64,000 nucleotides of DNA, from assembly GCA_963728915.1 (NCBI GenBank), contig CAVSLV010000001.1, positions 96,001 through 160,000 of the forward strand, written 5' to 3'. This DNA comes from an uncultured Gemmatimonadales bacterium. Lineage in GTDB: Bacteria; Gemmatimonadota; Gemmatimonadetes; Gemmatimonadales; GWC2-71-9. Position 1 is the stretch's first letter; each line of letters opens with the position of its first letter. The notes beneath the pieces were generated by a model. That model was not told the DNA's origin. It saw only the letters and a list, made by a program, of their open reading frames with translations, and ran no database searches. A program made the position numbers and the translations under genes. Shown here in pieces: positions 9,766 to 18,866 of this stretch.

Positions 9766-10605
9766 ATGTCGAGGACCGCATCGTTCGTGCTCGCCCTGAC
9801 GTTGCTCCAGGCGGCCGGCACCGGAGCCGGATCCGCCCAGTCCCGGGTGACCCGCTATGTCCGCTATGCCGACGCGGGCCGGATTGCCTACGGTATTCTC
9901 GAGGGCGACCGGATTCAGCAGCTGACCGGCGACCTGTTCCAGAATCCCCGGGCCACCGGCCGCACCGTGGCCCTGGACCGGGTGAAGCTCCTGGCTCCCT
10001 GCGTCCCCGGCAAAGTCATCGCCGTGGGATTGAACTACAAGACCCATCTGGGAGAGCGTCCCGCGGCGGCGTATCCCGGACTGTTCGCCAAGCTGCCCAG
10101 CAGCATCGTGGGCCCCGACGCCGACATCATGTACCCGGCCGACGCCGAGAACCTCCACTATGAGGGCGAGCTGGTGGTGGTCATCGGGAAACGGGCCCAG
10201 AACGTGTCGGTCGCCGAGGCCCCCGGCTACATCTTCGGGGTGACGGCGGGGAACGACGTGAGCGAACGGAACTGGCAGCGGAACGATCTCCAGTGGTTCC
10301 GCGCCAAGGCCAGCGACACCTTCGGGCCGCTGGGTCCGGCGATCGCGACCGGGCTCGATTACGGGAACCTGCTGCTGGAAACCCGGCTCAACGGAGAAAC
10401 GGTGCAGTCCCAGCGCACCGCCGATCTGATCTTCGACGTTCCCACCATCGTGAGCTACGTGAGCCGTTACGTCACCCTCGAGCCGGGGGACGTGATCTAC
10501 ACCGGCACCCCGGGCACCACCCGGCCGATGAAGCCCGGTGATACCGTGGAGGTGCAGATCGAGGGGATCGGCGTGCTCAGGAACCGGGTGGCATCGGCGC
10601 GTTAG
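9766..10605 (+). CDS. Fumarylacetoacetate hydrolase family protein with signal peptide
   Basis: KVIAVGLNY, HYEGELVVVIGK, NDVSERNWQ, AKASDTFGPLGP, PGDVIYTGTPG. Confidence 0.9.
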   Translation: MSRTASFVLALTLLQAAGTGAGSAQSRVTRYVRYADAGRIAYGILEGDRIQQLTGDLFQNPRATGRTVALDRVKLLAPCVPGKVIAVGLNYKTHLGERPAAAYPGLFAKLPSSIVGPDADIMYPADAENLHYEGELVVVIGKRAQNVSVAEAPGYIFGVTAGNDVSERNWQRNDLQWFRAKASDTFGPLGPAIATGLDYGNLLLETRLNGETVQSQRTADLIFDVPTIVSYVSRYVTLEPGDVIYTGTPGTTRPMKPGDTVEVQIEGIGVLRNRVASAR

Positions 10606-12868
10606 GATCGCGCGGGACTTTGTGGTAGGGAACCGGCGGAGCGACCAGCTCCTCCGGGGTCCCGCCCTGGACGATTCGATAGCGGCGATCGAGCGCGAGG
10701 CCCGGAAAGGTGCTGGTGGTCCGTTGCGCATCGGGCCACCGGATGATCACCTGGTCAATCGCGACCGCCCGGTCCAGTCCGATGTGCAGCTCGAGCGGGC
10801 TCGAACCGAAGGAGCCGCCGGTGCTCACCGCTCGATGGATGGACCGCCGGGCGCCCGAGGCCTGGCGGGTCACGACTTCGACCCGGGCGCCGATCGCCGA
10901 TCGATTGGCGGTCCTGCCCTCGAGAACCAGGGTGATCCAGCGCCGGTCCGGCCAGCCCGGGTTCTCGAACAGCACGTTGGCGAAGCGGTCTCCCTCGTAG
11001 GCGCCCCCCATCACCATGTACACATCCTCGCGTCCTGATCGGGTGAAATCGGCAAAGGCGGCGGCATGCCCCTTCTGGATGTGCCCGAATCCGCCCGGGA
11101 TCGTCACCTCATCGAAGCCCTGTCCGTTCCGGTTGCGGAACATCCGGTTGGGCACCACCGAGTTGAGATCGGGAGTGCCGGTCCCGACGTAGAAATCGAG
11201 CCAGCCGTCGTTGTCGAGATCGCCGAAGTTGCTGCCCATTCCCCAGATCGCCTTGGCGATCCCGGCGGGTTGGCTCTGGTCGGTGAAGGTGCCGTTCCGA
11301 TTGTTGTGAAACAGGCGCGGGTGCTCCACCTCCACGACCGAATCGCCATGGGCGATGCGCAGCGGAAGTCCCAGATACTCGCGCGCGGCCGCTTCGGGCA
11401 CTTCGTTGACGTGTCGCAGGTCATAGCTCAGGACCAGCAAGTCTTCCCAGCCGTCATTGTCGTAGTCGAAGAACCAGGCCGGGAAGGAGAAGACCGGCTC
11501 CTCGACTCCCGCCTTCCGCGCCACCTCCTCGAAGTGCCAGGCGTCCGGCGATGCGCCCCCGCGATTGAGATAGAGCCGGTTGGGTCCGCCCATCACCGAC
11601 ACGAACAGATCAGGCAGCCCGTCATTGTTCACGTCTCCCCAGACCGCTCCTTTCACGAATTCGTCCAGGTCCACGCCGACCTGATGGGAAACCTCCCGGA
11701 AGGTCCCGTTGCAGTTGCTGAGATAGAGCTCGGACCGGTTGGAGTCGGGCGGCGCCCCGGGCTGGAAAGTGCGTTGCGACTCGTTTCCGATGAAGAGATC
11801 GAGACAGCCGTCGAGGTTCCAATCCGCCCACGCGGCAGTTTGGGTGGGGTGGAACGAGAGGAGGCCGGCCCGGGCGGTGACGTCCTCGAAGGTGCCATCG
11901 CCGCGGTTCCGGAGCAGGGAATTGGGAAAACCACCCTGGGCGCCCAGCCAGGCGCCGCGGAGCACCAGGAGGTCGGGATGCCCGTCGTTGTCGTAGTCGG
12001 CGTGGACCACGTTGAGGCCGCCGGTCAGGCCATCGAGCCCCGCCTCGGCGGTGCGGTCGACGAATCCGCCCTTGCCGTCCGCCAGGAAGAGCTGGGCCTG
12101 GTCATCGAGACCGAAGGAGGTCATGAACACATCGAGAAGGCCGTCCCCGTTGAAATCCTCCACCGCCAGCCCGCCTGCATGGCCCATGACGCCGAGCCGG
12201 AGCTCCCCGGCAATGTTCGGGAAGCGCGGGAAGGACGGCTTGGCGGGAAGCTCCATGGCGGTCAGGAGATACTTCGAGGGCACGCCTTCGGGATACTCTC
12301 CCACAGCCATGTACGCGATGTTGAGGAGCCAGCGGGCGCCATGGTCCTCCGGAAACGCGGCCAGAATCTTCGAGAACAAGGTGATCGCCTGGCGCGCCCC
12401 TTCGTCGTGGCGGTGCAGGCCCTCGCCCGCCAACGGGAGGATGCAGACCTCGGCGGCGGGATTATCGATGCAATTCTCCTGTTCGCCCAGCCGCAAGTAT
12501 CCCATGGCCAGCAAGTCGAAGAGCGGCTTGGCCTCGGGCGGAATGCGCTCCCCGCCGGGATCGAATCCCGCAGCCCGGATGATCCGTTCCAGCTCCTGGA
12601 TGGCCTCCCGATTCTGATTCGCGCGGAGCCGCTCCTGCACCACGAGAAATCGATTGCGTAGCGAGGCGAGACGGGGCTCCCGGACCAGCGTGCTCTCCAT
12701 GACCACGGCGCGACGCCCATTGAGATAGGGAAACTGCATCGGATCGGCCTGGGCATGGTCGGAGAGGGCCGCGAGGGTGTCGACCATCCGGCGTGTCGAC
12801 GTTCGCGGAGCCTGCTCGGCTCCACAGGCCGCGACGAGAAGGAGCAACGCAGTGGTCCAGCGATTCAT
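10577..12868 (-). CDS. CRTAC1/ASPIC-UnbV family FG-GAP repeat lipoprotein
   Basis: Lipobox-like LVAAC; many DxDxDGxxD repeats; C-terminal NRSAIGARV...LHIGL. Confidence 0.85.
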   Translation of the reverse strand: MNRWTTALLLLVAACGAEQAPRTSTRRMVDTLAALSDHAQADPMQFPYLNGRRAVVMESTLVREPRLASLRNRFLVVQERLRANQNREAIQELERIIRAAGFDPGGERIPPEAKPLFDLLAMGYLRLGEQENCIDNPAAEVCILPLAGEGLHRHDEGARQAITLFSKILAAFPEDHGARWLLNIAYMAVGEYPEGVPSKYLLTAMELPAKPSFPRFPNIAGELRLGVMGHAGGLAVEDFNGDGLLDVFMTSFGLDDQAQLFLADGKGGFVDRTAEAGLDGLTGGLNVVHADYDNDGHPDLLVLRGAWLGAQGGFPNSLLRNRGDGTFEDVTARAGLLSFHPTQTAAWADWNLDGCLDLFIGNESQRTFQPGAPPDSNRSELYLSNCNGTFREVSHQVGVDLDEFVKGAVWGDVNNDGLPDLFVSVMGGPNRLYLNRGGASPDAWHFEEVARKAGVEEPVFSFPAWFFDYDNDGWEDLLVLSYDLRHVNEVPEAAAREYLGLPLRIAHGDSVVEVEHPRLFHNNRNGTFTDQSQPAGIAKAIWGMGSNFGDLDNDGWLDFYVGTGTPDLNSVVPNRMFRNRNGQGFDEVTIPGGFGHIQKGHAAAFADFTRSGREDVYMVMGGAYEGDRFANVLFENPGWPDRRWITLVLEGRTANRSAIGARVEVVTRQASGARRSIHRAVSTGGSFGSSPLELHIGLDRAVAIDQVIIRWPDAQRTTSTFPGLALDRRYRIVQGGTPEELVAPPVPYHKVPRDPNAPMPPGS

Positions 12869-12884
12869 GCGAGATCCCTTGGCG

Positions 12885-13322
12885 TCAGTCGTCATGACGG
12901 ACCCGGCCGCGCAGCTGCTTGAGCTCCCCACGGCGTCGCTTGGCGTCCAGTCGTTCCCGTTTTGCCGAGGCGGGCAGCCGGGTCCGCTTGCGCGGCTTCC
13001 GGGGAAGACTGGCCCGGGCCAGCAGGTTCGCCAGCCGGGTGGTCACCTCTTCCCGGTTCCGAAGCTGGCTGCGGGAGGCCGATGCGGTCAGGCGAAGCCA
13101 GCCTTCGCGGTCCAGTCGCGAAGCCAGCCGTTCACGGATCAGGGCGCGCTGCGCCTCGCTCGGTGCGGAGCTGGTCTCCAGATTCCACCAGAGCTCGATC
13201 CGGGTCGAAGACGTGTTGACGTGCTGTCCCCCGGGACCTCCCGAGCGAGAGGCGCGATAGACCAGCTCGGCCGTGGGAATCCGGAGCTGTTTGCCGGCGG
13301 TCAGCCAGCCTTCCTGCACCAT
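12885..13322 (-). CDS. arfB: Alternative ribosome rescue factor B (peptidyl-tRNA hydrolase)
   Basis: SRSGGPGGQHVN, RSQLRNRE, basic C-terminal tail KPRKRTR...RLDAKRRRGELKQLR. Confidence 0.93.
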   Translation of the reverse strand: MVQEGWLTAGKQLRIPTAELVYRASRSGGPGGQHVNTSSTRIELWWNLETSSAPSEAQRALIRERLASRLDREGWLRLTASASRSQLRNREEVTTRLANLLARASLPRKPRKRTRLPASAKRERLDAKRRRGELKQLRGRVRHDD

Positions 13323-13360
13323 GCCTGCAATCTACCTGTGCCGCCACCTTACCTTTCAGG

Positions 13361-13924
13361 ATGCGGCTCTTTCTCGCGATCCCGCTGCCGCCAGCGGTGG
13401 CCAGTCAGGTCCAGGCGGTACTGGGCACGCTTCGATCGACCGGCTGGCCGGTTCGCTGGGTTCGCGACGGCGGCCTGCACGTCACCCTCAAGTTCTACGG
13501 GGAAGTGCCGGACCAGCGCCTCGAGGCGATCGAGGAAGTCGTCCGGACCGCGGCGGAAGGGACCGCGCCGATCGGCCTTGCCTTCGGGGAAACCGGTGGG
13601 TTCCCGACCCTCCGGAGGGCGCGGATCATCCGCCTCGCGGTGGAGCCGGAGCCGAAGCTCGAGCTGCTCCAGGACCGGGTCGAACGGGGATCGGAGGCCA
13701 TCGGCTATCCTCCCGAAGGCCGGCCGTTCTCTCCCCACGTCACCCTGGGCCGGGTTCGGGAAGGCGAGCGGCTCCCGCGCGAAGCCCCCGCGACGTTCGA
13801 ACGGACCCAGGTTCCCCGATCGTTCGTGGCCGATCGGGTCGTGGTGTACGAGAGCCGGCAGAGTCCCGATGGTCCCACCTACCATGAGCGAGTGGTCCAG
13901 CGACTCGGTGATGAGGCCGTCTGA
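13361..13924 (+). CDS. thpR: RNA 2',3'-cyclic phosphodiesterase (2H phosphoesterase)
   Basis: MRLFLAI start and two HxT motifs (LHVTLKF, PHVTLGR). Confidence 0.92.
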   Translation: MRLFLAIPLPPAVASQVQAVLGTLRSTGWPVRWVRDGGLHVTLKFYGEVPDQRLEAIEEVVRTAAEGTAPIGLAFGETGGFPTLRRARIIRLAVEPEPKLELLQDRVERGSEAIGYPPEGRPFSPHVTLGRVREGERLPREAPATFERTQVPRSFVADRVVVYESRQSPDGPTYHERVVQRLGDEAV

Positions 13925-14547
13925 TGCGGGGTTGTCTTTCCTTGCCGTTCCGGTTGCTCACGCTGGTGCTGGTCGCGGGCCTCGTTCTGCTGGCCTACAA
14001 CTATCGTGTTGAGCTCCGGCACTGGGTGCACGGCTGGACCGCGGAGCCGGAGACGGCGGAAGGGCGCGCCGAGCCGGCGGGCCTGGCGGAAGGGCGCAGG
14101 AAACTGGCGCAGCTCGGAACCGGGAAGGATTCGGTGGTGCTCACCGCGACCGAGCTGGCGAGCCTCCTCTCCGGCGAGGCGAACAATCGCATCGCCCATG
14201 CGGCCGACAGTCTGACGGTCCGGTTGAGTCACGACCAGATCGAGGTTCGGGCCCTGGTGGATCCTCTCCCTCTGGGGGTGGGACCGGTGCTTCCCGTTCT
14301 CCGGGACCGGGAATGGGTCGAGGCCGGTGGACGGCTGCTGTACCGCCGGCCGGGGGTCGCCGAGTGGGACATAACCCGCGCGCGGCTCCGCGGGGTTCCC
14401 ATTCCCGGTTCGGTGATCGAGCACTTTCTCCGGCAGCTCTCGGGAACGGCGCCGGCCGCGGCGGCCGAGATTGCGCTGCCTCCCCGGGTGACCGGGCTGC
14501 GCACCGAGTCGCGAGGATTGGTTCTGTATGGAGGCCGGGCGCCATGA
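13924..14547 (+). CDS. Hypothetical membrane-anchored protein
   Basis: Coupled to flanking genes by overlapping stop/start codons; N-terminal TM helix. Confidence 0.7.
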   Translation: MRGCLSLPFRLLTLVLVAGLVLLAYNYRVELRHWVHGWTAEPETAEGRAEPAGLAEGRRKLAQLGTGKDSVVLTATELASLLSGEANNRIAHAADSLTVRLSHDQIEVRALVDPLPLGVGPVLPVLRDREWVEAGGRLLYRRPGVAEWDITRARLRGVPIPGSVIEHFLRQLSGTAPAAAAEIALPPRVTGLRTESRGLVLYGGRAP

Positions 14548-15923
14548 GTCCAACCCAAGCCGCGAACCGGGTCCTGGTGGTGGACGACGAGGGCGGAATC
14601 CGGGAAGCCCTTCGCCAGGTCCTGGAGTACGAGGGCTGGGAGGTTCGCACCGCAGGATCGGGCGGGGAGGCGATCACGGTCTATCCCGAGTTCCGGCCCC
14701 AGGTGGTGCTGCTCGACGTCAAGATGGCCGGCCTCGACGGACTCGACACGCTGAGCCGGCTGCGCGAGCTCGATCCTCCCGCCACGGTGGTCATGATCTC
14801 AGGCCACGGAACCATTGCCACGGCGGTCCAGGCCACCCGCCGGGGCGCGTTCGATTTTCTGGAAAAGCCGCTCGATGCCGACAAGGTGCTGGTCACCCTG
14901 CGGAATGCGCTCCAGCACTCCTCGCTGACGGTCCAGAATCGCGAGCTCAAGCGGGCGCTCGATGTCCGCTATGCGATGGTCGGCAGGAGTCCGGCGCTGG
15001 AAAAGGTGCGCGAGCTGATCGCGAGGGTGGGACCAACCCACGCCCGGGTCCTGATCCGGGGAGAGAATGGAACCGGCAAGGAGCTGGTGGCCCGGGCGCT
15101 GCACGATAACTCCCCCCGCCGGGAGCAAGCCTTTATCGAGGTGAACTGCGCCGCCATTCCCTCCGAGCTGATCGAGAGCGAGCTGTTCGGGCACATGAAG
15201 GGAAGCTTTACCGGCGCGTTCGCCGACCGGGCGGGGAAATTCGAGCTGGCCGATGGCGGCACCTTGTTCCTCGACGAAATCGGTGACATGTCGCTCTCGG
15301 CCCAGGCCAAGGTGCTCCGGGTCCTCCAGGAAGGCATGGTCACCCGCATCGGAGCGGCCCGGTCGGTCGAAATCGACGTTCGGGTGCTGGCCGCCACCAA
15401 CAAGCGGCTGGAGGACGAGATTGCGGAAGGTCGTTTTCGTGAGGACCTCTTCCACCGGCTCAACGTGATCCCCATCGAGGTCCCGCCGCTGCGTGAGCGG
15501 CTGGGAGACATTCCGGTCCTGGTCGACCACTTTATCGATGTGCTGAGCCGGGAGGCCGGGGTGGTGGCGCGAGGGTTTTCCGAGGAGGCATTGGTGGCGC
15601 TGGAACGCCGGAGCTGGCCCGGCAACGTGCGCGAGCTCCGCAACGCGGTGGAGCGGCTGCTGATCCTCGCCCCGGGCCGCGAGATCACCGAGGGAGACGT
15701 GGAGCGACTGCTGCCGATCGAGGAGGATGCCGCCCTCCCGGCCGATCCCTCGCGGCCGCCCACATTTGAAACCTTCCGGCACGATGCGGAGCGCGCCTTT
15801 CTCCTGTCCAAGCTGCGGGAGCATAACTGGAACATCGCCGAGACCGCCCGCGCCATCGCGGTGCCGCGGTCGAACCTGTACAAGAAAATGATGAAATACG
15901 GGCTGAGCCGGGACTCGACATGA
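14544..15923 (+). CDS. Sigma-54-dependent response regulator (NtrC/NtrX-like)
   Basis: REC domain, GENGTGKE, ESELFGHMKGSFTGA, LFLDEI, WPGNVRELRN, C-terminal HTH. Confidence 0.92.
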   Translation: MSPTQAANRVLVVDDEGGIREALRQVLEYEGWEVRTAGSGGEAITVYPEFRPQVVLLDVKMAGLDGLDTLSRLRELDPPATVVMISGHGTIATAVQATRRGAFDFLEKPLDADKVLVTLRNALQHSSLTVQNRELKRALDVRYAMVGRSPALEKVRELIARVGPTHARVLIRGENGTGKELVARALHDNSPRREQAFIEVNCAAIPSELIESELFGHMKGSFTGAFADRAGKFELADGGTLFLDEIGDMSLSAQAKVLRVLQEGMVTRIGAARSVEIDVRVLAATNKRLEDEIAEGRFREDLFHRLNVIPIEVPPLRERLGDIPVLVDHFIDVLSREAGVVARGFSEEALVALERRSWPGNVRELRNAVERLLILAPGREITEGDVERLLPIEEDAALPADPSRPPTFETFRHDAERAFLLSKLREHNWNIAETARAIAVPRSNLYKKMMKYGLSRDST

Positions 15924-16372
15924 CCAAGCCACCAGATCGCGACTGGGACAAAGAGCTCGCTGACATCGACAAGATCATCGCAAAGCAGCCGGTCGCCGCA
16001 CCGGGTCCCGCGCCGGCGGCTCCCGCGGCGCCACGCCCCACCCTGCCCGCCGCGCGGGCCAACGAGCCGCCCCGCCATCGTGTTCTCCTGACCACCTGGC
16101 TCCGGGTTCTCCTCGCGATCGGAGTCGCCGCGGCGATGACCCAGTGGCCTTACGCGCACGGCTGCGGGTTCCAGCTCTACCTCTATCTTGGCGCTGCCGG
16201 CGTGGTGGTCATCGCAGGTCTCTGGGGCTCCGTGGTGAGCTGGAAGCGACGGATGGGGCTGGCCCATGTGCTCTCGCTGCTGGTGACGCTCTGGGGCGGT
16301 TATCTCGCCGGCAAGGTGGTGCTGGATCGCACGAGCTACCCGAAGGAACCGCGGAGCTGGAGCTGCCCATGA
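15920..16372 (+). CDS. Hypothetical membrane protein (about 3 TM helices)
   Basis: ATGA-coupled on both sides; DWDKELADIDK N-terminus, Pro/Ala linker, hydrophobic helices. Confidence 0.75.
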   Translation: MTKPPDRDWDKELADIDKIIAKQPVAAPGPAPAAPAAPRPTLPAARANEPPRHRVLLTTWLRVLLAIGVAAAMTQWPYAHGCGFQLYLYLGAAGVVVIAGLWGSVVSWKRRMGLAHVLSLLVTLWGGYLAGKVVLDRTSYPKEPRSWSCP

Positions 16373-17853
16373 CCAAGACCTTTCGCAATTTCATCGGCGG
16401 GCGCTGGGTCGCGCCGTCGACCCGAGCCTACCTGGAGAATCGGAACCCGGCCGACCTCCGCGACCTGATCGGGCGCTTCCCCGATTCGGGCAAAGAGGAC
16501 GTGGACGCGGCGGTCCGCTCGGCGGCGGAGGGGTTCCGGATCTGGTCCAGGGTTCCCGCGCCCTCGCGGGGCGACGTGCTTCGGCGGATCGGCGATCTCC
16601 TGGTCGAGCGCAAGGAGGAAATCGCCCGGGCGATGACGCGGGAAATGGGCAAGGTGCTGGCCGAAACCCGGGGCGACGTGCAGGAGGGGATCGATACCGC
16701 CTACTACGCCTCCTCGGAGGGCCGGCGGCTCTTCGGGCGCACGGTGCCGAGTGAGCTGCGGAGCAAATGGGCAATGAGCTACCGCCGGCCCATCGGGGTA
16801 ACCGGCCTCATTTGCCCCTTCAATTTTCCGATGGCGATTCCCACCTGGAAGATGTTCCCCGCGCTGCTCTGCGGGAACTCGGTGGTATTCAAGCCTTCCG
16901 AGGACGTTCCCCACACTGCCCATCTGCTGGTGGAAATCCTCCTCGAGGCCGGCCTGCCCCCCCAGGTCATCCAGCTGGTCCATGGTGGGGGGGAGGCCGG
17001 CAGGGCGCTGGTTGAGCATCCTGCGGTTCCGGTGATCTCATTCACGGGCTCGACGGCCACCGGGTCGGCGATCGGCGAAGCCAGCGGCCGAATGCACAAA
17101 CGGCTGTCGCTGGAGATGGGCGGGAAAAACGCGATGATCGTCATGGACGATGCGGACCTCGATCTCGCGCTCGATGGGGTCCTCTGGGGCGCCTTCGGAA
17201 CGACCGGGCAACGCTGCACCGCCACCAGCCGGCTGCTGCTGCATCGCCGGATTCACGATCGTTTTCTGCGCCGTCTCGCCGAGGCGGCTGAGAAGCTGGT
17301 CCTGGGCAACGGTCGCCAGCCGGGCACCCAGGTCGGTCCGCTGATTCACGAGGCAGCCCGGGACAAAGTCGAGCAGTATGTGGCGATCGCGCGGCAGGAA
17401 GGATTGGAACTGGTCACCGGGGGCAAACGGCCCCGCAGTCCGCGTCTCGCGCGGGGATGGTTCTATCGTCCGACGGTGGTGGCAGGCGCGACGGCTGGCA
17501 GCCGTCTTGCACGGGAGGAGATCTTCGGACCGGTGCTCACGGTCCTCCGTATTCGGAGCTTCGACGAGGCGATCCGGATCAACAATGGAGTGAAATACGG
17601 TCTTTCGAGCTCAGTCTACACCCGCAGCACGGACCTTGCATTTCGCGCGATGCAGGACCTGGACAATGGAATCACGTATATCAATGCGCCAACTATCGGT
17701 GCCGAGGCGCACCTTCCCTTCGGTGGAACGAAGCAGACCGGCAACGGCCATCGGGAAGGGGGATGGGAGGTCTATCAGTTCTATTCCGAAACGAAAGTCT
17801 GCTACGTGGATTACTCCGGCTCGCTCCAGCGGGCTCAGATCGATAACTACTGA
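16369..17853 (+). CDS. Aldehyde dehydrogenase family protein
   Basis: PFNFP, FTGST, LEMGGKN, catalytic GQRCT, EEIFGPV, PFGGTKQTG. Confidence 0.95.
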   Translation: MTKTFRNFIGGRWVAPSTRAYLENRNPADLRDLIGRFPDSGKEDVDAAVRSAAEGFRIWSRVPAPSRGDVLRRIGDLLVERKEEIARAMTREMGKVLAETRGDVQEGIDTAYYASSEGRRLFGRTVPSELRSKWAMSYRRPIGVTGLICPFNFPMAIPTWKMFPALLCGNSVVFKPSEDVPHTAHLLVEILLEAGLPPQVIQLVHGGGEAGRALVEHPAVPVISFTGSTATGSAIGEASGRMHKRLSLEMGGKNAMIVMDDADLDLALDGVLWGAFGTTGQRCTATSRLLLHRRIHDRFLRRLAEAAEKLVLGNGRQPGTQVGPLIHEAARDKVEQYVAIARQEGLELVTGGKRPRSPRLARGWFYRPTVVAGATAGSRLAREEIFGPVLTVLRIRSFDEAIRINNGVKYGLSSSVYTRSTDLAFRAMQDLDNGITYINAPTIGAEAHLPFGGTKQTGNGHREGGWEVYQFYSETKVCYVDYSGSLQRAQIDNY

Positions 17854-17888
17854 TTGCGCGTCCCGGGTCCCCCGGTTATTGCTTAGAA

Positions 17889-17959
17889 GCGAGGTGCGTG
17901 GTGAGAGGTGCGAGGAGCGATGAGTCCTCGCCCTACGCACCTCGCCGCTCGCACCCCGC
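17889..17959 (+). repeat. Inverted array of degenerate heptamer repeats (GCGAGGT-like / ACCTCGC-like)
   Basis: gcgaggt gcgtggt gagaggt gcgagga gcgatga g tcctcgc cctacgc acctcgc cgctcgc accccgc. Confidence 0.6.
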
Positions 17960-17982
17960 ATCAAGGATCGCACCCCGTGGCC

Positions 17983-18864
17983 ATGAAGCCTCTGCAAGTC
18001 GGCGGGAGCGGCAAGGGAAGCTCCTCTACGTCGTCTTCGGACGAGGGATCGCTCGATCAGTACCTGCGCGAGATCAGCAAGTACCCGCTCATTACGCAGG
18101 CCGAGGAAGTCGAGCTGGCCCGCCGCATCCATGTGGGAGAAGCGGAAGCGCTCGACAAGCTGGTGCGCAGCAATCTGCGATTCGTCGTGTCGGTGGCCAA
18201 GAAATACCAGAACCAGGGCGTCTCGCTCTCCGATCTGATCAACGAGGGGAACCTCGGTCTCATCCGGGCGGCCCATAAATTCGACGAAACCAAGGGAATC
18301 AAGTTCATCTCCTACGCGGTGTGGTGGATTCGTCAGGCCATTCTCCAGGCCCTGGCCGAGCAGAGCCGGATCGTCCGGGTTCCCTTGAACCGGGCCGGCG
18401 CGTTGCACCGGATTACCCGGCAGACCTCGATTCTGCTTCAGGAGCTGGGGCGCGAGCCCACCCCCGCCGAGATCGCCGAGGGCATGGGAATCGAGATGGA
18501 GGAGGTGGAGAAGACTCTGTCCATCTCCCAGAATCATGTGTCCCTCGACGCCCCGCTGGCCCCCGGTGAGGAGAACCGGCTGCTCGACTATATCCCCGAC
18601 AATCAGAATCCCGGGCCGGACGCGGAGACCTTCGAGAACGCGCTCAACCAGTGCATCGCGCAGGTGCTCAAGGACCTGCGGGAGCGGGAGGCGAGGATCC
18701 TCCGGCTCTACTTCGGGCTCGACGGCCCCGAACCCATGACGCTCGAGGAAATCGGCACCGAGCTTGGCATCACCCGGGAACGGGTGCGCCAGATCAAGGA
18801 AAAAGCCCTCTCGCGGCTTCGCCATGTAAGCCGCTCCAAGGCGCTGGAATCGTTCCTGTCCTGA
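17983..18864 (+). CDS. RNA polymerase sigma-70 factor, short RpoD/RpoS-like type
   Basis: SLDQYLREI, NLRFVVSVAKKY, DLINEGNLGL, KFISYAVWWIRQAI, TLEEIG...TRERVRQI. Start could be GTG 17977. Confidence 0.93.
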   Translation: MKPLQVGGSGKGSSSTSSSDEGSLDQYLREISKYPLITQAEEVELARRIHVGEAEALDKLVRSNLRFVVSVAKKYQNQGVSLSDLINEGNLGLIRAAHKFDETKGIKFISYAVWWIRQAILQALAEQSRIVRVPLNRAGALHRITRQTSILLQELGREPTPAEIAEGMGIEMEEVEKTLSISQNHVSLDAPLAPGEENRLLDYIPDNQNPGPDAETFENALNQCIAQVLKDLREREARILRLYFGLDGPEPMTLEEIGTELGITRERVRQIKEKALSRLRHVSRSKALESFLS

Positions 18865-18866
18865 CC

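Noticed and set aside
15181..15225. GSFTGA instead of GAFTGA in the sigma54 activator
   Set aside because: This is a known natural variant and not enough to claim loss of function.
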